Part shown: positions 25,324 through 35,976 of the stretch, piece after piece | How positions within the stretch are numbered: the first letter of the stretch is position 1 | Layout of the letters: each line of letters starts with the position of its first letter | Assembly: GCA_030141605.1 (NCBI GenBank) | Contig: JAQGDQ010001530.1 | Coordinates: 1 to 35,976, forward strand | Length of the DNA stretch: 35,976 bases | Source: Tubiluchus corallicola | Taxonomy: Eukaryota; Animalia; Priapulida | Direction: 5' to 3' | The notes under the pieces: model-generated | The model's input: only the letters and a program-made list of their open reading frames with translations | Databases searched by the model: none | Told to the model about the DNA's origin: nothing | Made by a program: the position numbers and the translations under genes

Positions 25324-25882
25324 GTTGTTGACATCCTTCTGTCTCGGAAGCCAATGGAGTGTGCGCCAAGAGAGTCAGTTATTGATCACATTGATGGAGC
25401 TGCAGCGTCGACTGTGATTGAGCAGTGCGATCCTTGAACCACTGGAGTGACCTCTCCAGGGCGCACGCCTGGGCGAGGTGTTTGGAGATCCTGAGTTGCC
25501 CAGACAACAGGAACCCCCTCTCTTCCTCCCTGGTGCAGTCCAAAGGAAAGCAGAGCGATACGTTTGGCACCAGGTTGGCTGCAGGAGCTGCCGGAGTCAG
25601 TGAGCACTCTGCACTGGTCCGCCTTTGGGGCTCCACTCCTGATTTGGAAGGTTTACTCCTCTACACATGGCCGTTGGGTCACTTGACCTCCTCCGCCCTC
25701 TAGCCGTTGGCTGCTTGTGCAGCTCCCCCGCCTAGTGTCAAGATACAGTGTGGGCATCCCGCAAGCCTACAGCACCTAATATTCCTAGGCGGTCACCCAT
25801 CCAAGTACTAACCAGGCTCTACGTTGCTTAACTTCGGTGATCAGACGAGAACCGCTGATTTCAACGTGATATGGCCGTTCAA
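25324..25882 (-). mobile_element. 5S rRNA-headed SINE-like chimera (SINE3): 5S head + RTE-like body + (CAA)n tail
   Basis: Minus strand: 5S sequence ...GTGCTGTAGGCTT-G-CGGGATGCCCACAC...; body homologous to 12977-13408; ends GAGACAGAAGGATGTCAACAAC; no oligo-T terminator after the 5S. Confidence 0.8.
25763..25882 (-). rRNA. 5S: 5S rRNA-derived sequence (full-length, diverged; probably not a functional ribosomal 5S)
   Basis: Reverse complement ACGGCCATATCACGTTGAAATCAGCGGTTCTCGTCTGATCACCGAAGTTAAGCAACGTAGAGCCTGGTTAGTACTTGGATGGGTGACCGCCTAGGAATATTAGGTGCTGTAGGCTT; box A, intermediate element and box C recognisable; first 4 nt (TTGA) no longer pair with the 3' end. Confidence 0.92.
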
Positions 25883-26648
25883 TGACAGACTAAACTAAGA
25901 ATTGGGCATATAAAGTGAAAATTTAATAATGTAGAATGAAAACTAATTAGGAAAACGTGCAAGAATAACAGACTAGACTAAAAAACGAAGGCTAATACTG
26001 AAAAAAAGATTAAAAATGGTTTTATGGTTTTAAGGAGCTATGCAGTCACATAATCAATGCCCAAGTTGAGATTATGATAAATTTTGAGCCACTGGTGAAC
26101 CAAATTCTGAACCAGAGCAGCACGGAATTATTGTTCGTGTAATTAAGTTCAACAAATGCAGTATTCACCATTGAAACCGTATTTAAGCTAGTAATGAAAG
26201 TTGATGTTAAAATATTTTCGTCAATATTGTAATGTCAATAGATGTCAGATCATTCGAATTCCTGGCACTGAGCTCACAGATTCTGCCACTATGACTATCA
26301 TCCGTAATGCCGAGGGAGGGGGTAAAATTCTTTTTATCTAAGTTGGGTTGTCAATAAGTGACAACCACTCTAATTCACAGTATTGAACTGACTAGGACCC
26401 TACAACTATTTCCACCATTGCTATGCAGCTGTTGACGCTGCCAGGGCCTATTTCAGCCTAAGCGAGGCCCGGGGAAGTGGGGCGTGAGAAAATTTTTGAA
26501 CTGCTAGAACGCCGGAGAAGCATTTTCGAAGAGAAAATAGGGAGTTATACAGTTGTTAAAGGAAAGAACAATTGAAAGAAAAACTGCTTTATTCTCAAGA
26601 CCAGTCCTTGATACTTGTCAATACTGGCAAATGGCGCGCGTGCGGCGA

Positions 26649-27788
26649 GATTTGATTTGATTTGATTTAACTCTTTATTTCGAACCAAGTTCATAGAATA
26701 CATAACATACAATAATTACAAGACATACAATAATTATAACACCTCCTCTCAACACATGCAAATTAATACATAAATAAATAAAATAACAGTACAGTCTATA
26801 TATATATATATATACAATATCATGCGTCCAGCCTGAGTCGTCCTAACACTTTCCTCCACTGGTCTCTTATGTCTGAAGTGTAAAAAGCTTCACTGTTATT
26901 CAATGCGTTTATGAGAAGATTTGAGCTTTGCATTACTCTAATGTATAAACTGTATGCAGTTTTCCTACGTATTACATCAAAGTATAAAACATCGTGGTCT
27001 ACTGAAATGGTCCTAGAACTATAATCATATGGGTAGTTGAAAAGTTTGCGTTTTGAAACATTGTGAGCTACTTTAAGTTTGCTGAGACTGTAGTTATAAA
27101 AATGTCGCCAGGTGGCCATACCGTAGAAAGAATTACAATAAGAGTTGAACAGATGAGTTTTGACATTAGGTGAACAATGATGAAATTTTCTAAGAATACG
27201 GTTCGCTCTAGCACAAAACAGACTTCGTTGTCTGATAACATCCATGTCATCTTTGTTATCACTGGTGATGATATGGCCAAGATACTTTTCTGTTTCACAC
27301 GGTATAATTATTTTACCGGCTACCTCAGGTGAACTGAAATTGAACCCACACATACTGGGGGGTGTAATTGTTATAAGTTTAGTCTTATCGACGTTTATTA
27401 CTATGTCATGACTATTTGCGTATTCAACATACATATCAACTAAAGTTTGTAAAGCAGTGGTAGTGGATGCTAGTAAACATCCATCATCAGCAAACATAAG
27501 GTGATTTATATAAGTACCACCTATCTGACAACCTAGACCGGTAGATGTGAGGTCAGAACTCAAGTCTCTGAAATATAAATTAAATAGTATGGGTGACATT
27601 TTTGCACCCTGCCGAACACCATTTGCGACTTTAAATGTGCTAGAGCAAAAATTTCCCCACCTCACAAACATGGTTTGTCGAGAGTAGTAAAATGCTAATA
27701 ATCTTATAATAATGTTAGGCATATCAGTATCGACCAGTTTTAGAAACATTTTGTAGTAATTTACCCGGTCAAAAGCTTTAGATGCATC

Positions 27789-27790
<2 letters not shown>
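26649..27790 (-). mobile_element. 5'-truncated non-LTR retrotransposon (RT domain to 3' tail; RTE-X-like, clade uncertain)
   Basis: Open frame from DASKAFDRVNY (27789) through GVRQGAKMSPILFNLY, LMFADD and KYLG to stop at 26820; 3' UTR with AATAAA and (AAATC)n tail. Confidence 0.93.
26820..27789 (-). pseudogene. Reverse transcriptase ORF fragment of the LINE (uninterrupted but N-terminally truncated)
   Basis: RT motifs DxSKAFD, GVRQG, FADD, KYLG; no endonuclease domain present. Confidence 0.9.
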
Positions 27791-28117
<327 letters not shown>

Positions 28118-28547
28118 AGGCATTATGTTCGCATAAAGTTACCTTGGCGTGAGGCCCCCCTGGAGGGTGAGGCCCCGGGGAAGTATCCCCGTTTCACCCC
28201 CCTGAAAAAGGCCCTGTGTGTAACCATTTACGACGCAGACCGATGCAAGCAACGATCTACTTGGACGAAAATCTCTACTTAATTTACAATTTTAACCGCA
28301 TTGAAAATTTTCCTGCTTTCTTGCTGCTCACTGCTAATAGCGCTAAAAGTTTAATACAAACAGCTTTTCACATAACAATAATGAGACTAACGAAAGCGCG
28401 TAATTATAAGCGACGAATATGATTTTGCCAACATCAGTCTGCATTTTTATGACTCAATCATAAATCGTGGTTTTTCTCATCTATTCTGAGAATCCAGTCA
28501 TAACGTATTCTAGATATTGAGCTGAACAGGGAACAGTGCATTATACA

Positions 28548-28667
28548 GTTCTATTCATAGGCACCAGGCCAGCCAACCTACAGGTAATGTTATGACCTCC
28601 ACTTTTAACTAGGAAGCCCATAACATTACCTGCGATTGGTTGAGCAGTGGTTTCCAGTAGAAAGAAC
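28548..28667. repeat. Imperfect ~120-bp palindrome (hairpin)
   Basis: Perfect 14-bp core CAGGTAATGTTATG / CATAACATTACCTG, extendable with mismatches to GTTCT...AGAAC; loop ~ACTTTTAACTA. Confidence 0.8.
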
Positions 28668-29059
28668 GAACACGTGACATCGTCAGTTGTCTTCTGGTTG
28701 TCGTGGGATGCACTTCTCCTGTCTGCCTGCCGAGTGTCGTGGATTCCGTAAGATTTGAAGCATTGTCATCAGGTTTTTTTCTATTGTGTTGTTCTTCTCA
28801 GCCGTCCCTTTTGAATTCTAAGTTTTGGTTTTGTTGTTTCTTTGTTTGAAAATTTCTGGAGTGTCCGTTATGCAGCGCTTACCCGCATCACCGATGGCGG
28901 GCCGTAAGGCTCTCTACCGGGTCGAACCCCGGAACAATATCAAAACTGATAGTAGATGTCTACACCCACATGCAAATGTCATGAAATTTTGATTCAAGTT
29001 TTCTGAGTTGTACCTAAATCGTGTCTTTATATTCTCGCACGATATAATTGGGGGTACAT

Positions 29060-29600
29060 CAAACAATGAAGTTAATGCCATTAGGGTAAAATGGAACACT
29101 GCTTATAGAAAAATATTCGATTTTGGACAAAATGAAAGCGTCAAATTGTTAATGTATTTTTGTGGCACAATGCCTGCAAATTATTTAATAGATAGTCGAA
29201 AATTAAACTTTGTGAGAAAAATTGTAAACTCTTGCACATTGAGAATTATAAAGCTATGCTACTATGTAAATAACACTCAAGTAAATTTAAGATTTAAATA
29301 TGGTTGTACTGTAGATCTAAGCGAAAATGTAAAATTAAAGGTTAAGAACTCATTTAAAGATCATGTTTTAAGATACCTATTATAGCTCCTTACAACACTG
29401 TATACTGTAATATAATTACATTGGTTACTACAATGTGTGGTTATTATAAAGTTGAATGTCTGTAGATATGTTACTGTACTAACATCGCATTACCTGTTTT
29501 ACTAACATCTTTATCTTTATAAGCTGTATGTTTTATACAAAATAAACTCATAAAAAGGATAATAATAATAATAATAATAATATAATAATAATATTAATAA
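29060..29600 (+). mobile_element. LINE 3' fragment (ORF C-terminus, 3' UTR, (AAT)n tail), same broad group as the 26649-27790 element
   Basis: IRVKWNTAYRKIF parallels LKVAHNVSKRKLF of the neighbouring RT ORF; ESVKLLMYFCGTMP; AATAAA at ~29540 then (AAT)n. Confidence 0.65.
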
Positions 29601-29734
29601 CAAGAACAAGAACAACAACAATAATAACTTTTATTTAAATCAATAGACAAAACAAGCCAAGAGACTTTTTTCACCTACCATAAATAGCAAATTACACCTA
29701 CACAACACAGATTAACATTACCCACTTCTAACCT

Positions 29735-29856
29735 GAATACCATGTACCGCGCGACTTCAGGGCAACGCTGGTACCATTTTTAAAGTCTTTTTGTAAGACC
29801 CGGTCGCAGTATCGAACTCACAACCTTCCAGACGGAAAGCGGACGTGTTACCGCTA
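29735..29856 (-). mobile_element. tRNA-derived SINE (MetaSINE/MESC-like core)
   Basis: Minus strand: TAGCGGTAACACGTCCGCTTTCCGTCTGGAAGGTTGTGAGTTCGATACTGCGACCGGGTC (partial A box, B box GTTCGATAC) then AAAGACTTTAAAAATGGTACC, which resembles the recalled Meta/MESC core; 3' boundary uncertain. Confidence 0.7.
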
Positions 29857-29963
29857 TTATTGTACTGTCTGGTTTAGATGCTGCTCGTGTAGCCATTATT
29901 GAATAAAAATGATTTTCTAGATATCTAACATTATTAAATAAAAAAACGAATTTATTTTTCTAG

Positions 29964-30505
<542 letters not shown>

Positions 30506-31449
30506 TCGTTATTAATTTTTAAAGTTACTTTTCTTCTTAAAGGACAAATCTGTCCCATCTGTTATATACGTATCTGTGTCTATTAACTGAAGGTCGAGTG
30601 CTGAAGCCTGCAAAGCTGAAATTCTACAGTAATGCTTGAAATGCTTACTTCTTGGAATCACCGCATTTTGGGGCCATTCGCTGAATTTTTAAAACGCTGG
30701 ACTTTTAAAAATGGCACAACGCAAGCAAAATTCGTTTTACAAGCAGAAAGCAAACCATAAACGAGCTGCCTTGGTTAAAAACTCGACTTTTTGTTTATGA
30801 AGAACAATTTGGTGAGGGTGACTGCCAGAAAAATGGCTTCTGGGACACTTGTGTATCATATAAATAAATAATAAAATAACATAAAATTTATTTTATAATG
30901 CGCACTTTCAAGTTAAAGCACAAGCAAACCTTCTACTTACATAAAGCTTAAAATCGTCTTGAACATTTATACCACTTACATACTGTCCTTTTGCATGCAG
31001 GGCTTGTGTCAGCAGTAACGCTGTATAAAACTTGTAAATTTAAACTCCCGTGAGAAAATTCAGAAAATAATCAGAAAATTCGTAGCGCACACGTCATTGA
31101 CCAAGCAAAATTTTAAGTTACTGTATTTTGTCAATAAGATTAAAAATACGTTTTTGGTTAGAGAGTGGCGCAGCCTGGAGGGTGAGTCAGCGACATTTTA
31201 CCAATTGGCACAAACATTTTAAATCGTTATTTCTAGTTACATAGGCTTTATGACAAGTAAGCGAAATGCTAAATAATATAGATTTGCACGTAAATTTTTT
31301 TGGGACATAATTTGACATGTCCTTCTCTTCCCTTGATTTACGTTTGCACAGGTGACATCATGTAATGTATTAATAGTATGTAAAATTAAGATAACTTGAT
31401 TAAGATAACACCACTGTTTTGCCACCACTGTGAGGATGGATACTGATAG

Positions 31450-31760
31450 AAATTTTGATTACTCATTGATACTTACTTAAAATTTGATTTTTTAGCATTT
31501 TTCAAATTTAGTAATAGATCTGCTATTTTTTGCGGATTGACAAATCTCATTCCAGATTTTTGGTCCTCGAAATATTATAAAATGTTTAGCTATGTTGGTT
31601 CTACAGAAAGGCACAATGTATTGATTGTATCTTTTATTATGTCTCTTAGATGTCAATTTGACAGGAATTGCAAAAAACTTAGGAAATAGTCTATTATTGC
31701 ATTTATACATGAACACTGCAATATTCAATTTAACTAAATCATCTAATTGCATAATGCATA
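31450..31760 (-). mobile_element. CR1/L2-group LINE fragment, ORF2 C-terminus
   Basis: LDDLVKLNIAVFMYK...RTNIAKHFIIFRGPKIWNEI...SITKF signature. Confidence 0.75.
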
Positions 31761-32120
31761 TATATATATATAAGAATATAAGTATGCAAGTATATAAGAA
31801 TACTGATTATAAAAGAAAGTTACCTTACGTTAGATGCATGTTATTAAAAACACTAATAACTACAAATTTCTGTGCATCTAAACATGGTTTCATTTAGATA
31901 AAACTGACTTCGTCAATGGTAGATCACATCCGGTGAAATGTTCTTTTTGTCACTTAGTGGGCTTCCTTTGATGCACCCTGCAATGGGATACAGATAGGTA
32001 AAAACGGGCTTCATTAAATTGGGCTTCATTGAGGGTAGGACCGGATAATTTTCTACTTAAATTAAATCATACACGCGAAAGAGAAACGAGCAGAAACAAA
32101 ACCAGGATGTTTTTTCATAT

Positions 32121-32593
32121 CACATTAAATCCAAGAACACACAATATTAAACAAATACACACTAATAACAAATACGGCAACAATTCTATCACTAAACAAG
32201 CAGTTCAACTTTGGAATACCCTGCCATCAAATTTAAAACAAATCAAGTCTTTCGATGAATTCAAATCAAAATTAAAAACACATACATTAAATCGTTTTGA
32301 AAACCCAACATACGTAAACGATAATATATATTCATCCACAAATTTTATTTAATCACGTCCATTTTAAATTATATGTATATATTGTATATAGTCTATTATA
32401 ATTTCCGTGTAATATTATAATGTATATTTTGTTTTAAATTTTTGGCACAGTAGTTTTTAGTGTGCACTGGACGCATTTGCCTTTAAGAGTTGTGTGAATT
32501 TTTGAATTTTATTCTCATGCTGCGATGTTCTTTTATGCTTTTATAGTTATGAATATCGATTTTTATGGCAAATAAAGATTATTATATATATAT
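32121..32593 (+). mobile_element. CR1/L2-group LINE 3' fragment with 3' UTR and tail
   Basis: QLWNTLPSNLKQIKSFDEFKSKLK; near-identical to 24270-24516; 3' UTR motif CACAGTAGTTT..TGCACTG..ACGCATTTGCCTTTA and AATAAAGATTATTATATATA tail shared with the 34160-34973 copy. Confidence 0.85.
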
Positions 32594-32849
32594 TGTACCT
32601 CGTGTTGAAGTAAAAACATGTTTTTAACACATATGATAATGCTAACGCGTCTCCTATAATTAAATAATAGGTTAAAAACTTAATTAACAGCAGGCGAGCC
32701 CAACTAGTTGTGATATCACAGCCTAATAGAATTTTCACTTACACAAACATTCGATGAGCGTGTTGCACGTGTTTGTGAAGGCAAAAATTAAGTTACAGTG
32801 GTACTGTACAACATTCAGTGTGATATACAAAAACTCGACAAATTTTAAG

Positions 32850-33682
<833 letters not shown>

Positions 33683-34159
33683 CTATGTATGTAACAGCGA
33701 AGAACTAGCAAGATATTACGTTTCTATGGTAATAATTTTTTCACGTAAGTCATTCTTGAAAAAATAGTACGTTCCCTTTTGATATTTTACATGGTAGGTT
33801 GTTTTGAGGTAACAATTAAAATGGGTCCAGTTTTCCTTTAAGATGGAGCAAAAATGAAGTTTGCACTTAGAGCGTGGTCAATGCCTCTAAGTCGCTTTCC
33901 CTCTTTGTCGATTACTCACACTTGTCGATTAGCTGGTTTGTAGCAAGCCTTTGCTTTAACGACACCAAACAAACTCATTTGTCATTGTGGCTTGTCACAG
34001 ATTTTCAGTTTTTCCAAAATCTGTCAATAAACTGTCGCATTTTAATAAATTTTACCAATGTAATTGTGAGACTTTAAACTTTATCTGTTTAGTTGGGGAT
34101 GTACAGCGGTTACAGATGGACTTTTTGCATCTAGCACATCATATCTCCGACAAGTTAAA

Positions 34160-34973
34160 GGGCAACTAACAAAGGAAACAAAGACACTAATATATAAAAC
34201 TTTAATCTTACCACGCTTCTTGTATGGATGTACGCTACTTCAAAAAACCAAATGAGAAAATTACTTAAAATTAAATCTCCTTCAGAACTATGCGTTGAGA
34301 TTGATAGCTGGGTACTCATACAAACATAAGACAGGTAGACAAAAATTCAAAGCTTCAACAACTAACCTGAGAAATACTTTAAAATTCCCAATCATTGAAG
34401 CACACAAAGAATATTTTACTCTGCTTTTCATATTTAAATACATTAATAACATCAGCAAACCATTCCAGAATAACAGATTTACCTTTTTTCCAAATCCTAT
34501 GGTTAATTCCAGAACAAGAAATCTAAAACAAATTAGGTCAAATACCCACTATGGAACGAACTCTGTAATCAAACAAGCAATTCTACTTTGGAATTCTCTA
34601 CCATTACAGGTTAAACAAATCAAGTCCCTATCAGCATTTAAAACAAAATTAAAATCACTAATATTAACCAGACATGAAATATAAATCACACCAGTACGAC
34701 AACATACACACTAATTCAGAATTCATATATCCATGGCCATATTAATTACATCATAGTTTTTTTTCATTTTTTGTGCATAGTTGTAAATATGTTTGATTTT
34801 ATTCGTCGTTACTTTCCATTACTACACAGTAGTTTAGATTGCACTGACGCATTTGCCTTTAGCAATGTAAGTTTTTATTAACTAACACTGATTGATCATC
34901 TCTGTAAAGTTTTTATCAGTGATTATCAATGTATTTTAATGGTAAATAAAGATTATTATATATATATATATAT
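34160..34973 (+). mobile_element. CR1/L2-group LINE 3' fragment (diverged relative of the 24.1 and 32.1 kb copies)
   Basis: ETKTLIYKTLILPRFLYG...LQNYALRLI...LLWNSLPLQVKQIKSLSAFKTKLK; shared 3' UTR motif and AATAAAGATTATTATATATA tail. Confidence 0.85.
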
Positions 34974-35329
34974 ACTTCATTCAGTGCTGGCTCGTGAATA
35001 GGTACTGTGGTACTGCAGCACCCCCTGTTTTCACTCATTATAATTATTTTATTATGAATAATGTTCAATATAAAAAGTTTTTTTTCTTAATTTCTTTTTT
35101 ATACTTACGCGGAACTGGACCACGTGAGGGAAGTACAATTTGCTTCACAGCCCAAGCAACGTGGTGTTTGGCTGTTGTGCGCATGGCCGAGATAACACGC
35201 TGTATGCTATCGGCTGCTATGTAGAAAAGTACTGTGTCTATCACAGTAACAATTGCCACGTGCTCAAAGGGAAGAGTAAAGAGGACCTGTTAAACCACGT
35301 TAAAAGCATTAGATTATGATAGATTATTA

Positions 35330-35567
35330 TGTGATGAATGCTGGTATGAAGCCCAGTTAAGGAGTGGTGTCACGTGAGCCAGTGATTCAGAATCGAGGCG
35401 TCGAATCTCGGCACACGATATATAAGTCTCGTGATGCGCCCAGCTCAGGGGATTGAACCTGGGAGCTAAAGGAGAGTAAGCTAGATCAGGGGGCTTGGCA
35501 TTACTATCTGTTATACTTATTGTGTTTGATGTTTAATAAACGTGTAGTTTTATAATCAGACTCTTCA
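35330..35567 (+). mobile_element. Possible solo LTR
   Basis: TG...CA ends, internal TATATAAG then AATAAA in the U3-R-U5 order; no matching TSD found. Confidence 0.25.
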
Positions 35568-35976
35568 TAGTTTTGCCATCCCTAAACCACCAATAATCAG
35601 CTTTACACAACGAATACGACGAATTATTTTTACTGTATTTTTACTTTGTATATGTACGTCTTTAACTGGCAAATAAAGATTTCATCTATTTATCTGTCTA
35701 TCTATCTATTATGCAAAAATTAATATGCACTGATAGGTCTGGCAAGTACTCTTGTAGCAAAACTTTTACTTACGATACGAAACGAACAAAAACAACAGCG
35801 GGGGTAAAGAGATTTAACATCAAATAGCAAGGGAGACGCCCCCGCATTTTTTTCGATACACTTTTCTAAATTATAATCGTTCATGAATCATAGCGATTAA
35901 CAAAAAATAATTGAAATAAACTGTTCCTGCATTAGCTAAAATGGCAATAATTTCCATCTGCGTTAATACATGAAAA

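Noticed and set aside
25763-25882. Functional 5S rDNA gene
   Set aside because: Single copy, helix I disrupted at the 5' end, several substitutions, no oligo-T terminator

Overview
AT-rich, repeat-dense eukaryotic (invertebrate animal-like) genomic DNA, not prokaryotic. Only two host coding exons are recognisable: the first coding exon of an SLC35A-family nucleotide-sugar transporter (minus strand, 509-1051) and one 217-bp internal exon of a metabotropic glutamate receptor (plus strand, 29964-30180). The rest is intron or intergenic DNA. It holds six unrelated minisatellite arrays (71, 15/16, ~35, 32, 58 and 85 bp units), long microsatellites, several LINE fragments, tRNA-derived SINEs, MITE/foldback, hAT-like and Helitron/Helentron-like elements. 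The most notable item is a ~440-bp non-coding RTE-like element present twice. One copy stands alone with an 11-bp TSD (12977-13413). The other is fused precisely to the 3' end of a full-length, terminator-less 5S rRNA sequence (25324-25882). This looks like a 5S-derived SINE (SINE3) next to its headless precursor. Nearly all long ORFs in the track are artefacts of tandem repeats. Family assignments of transposable elements come from recalled motifs and need database confirmation.
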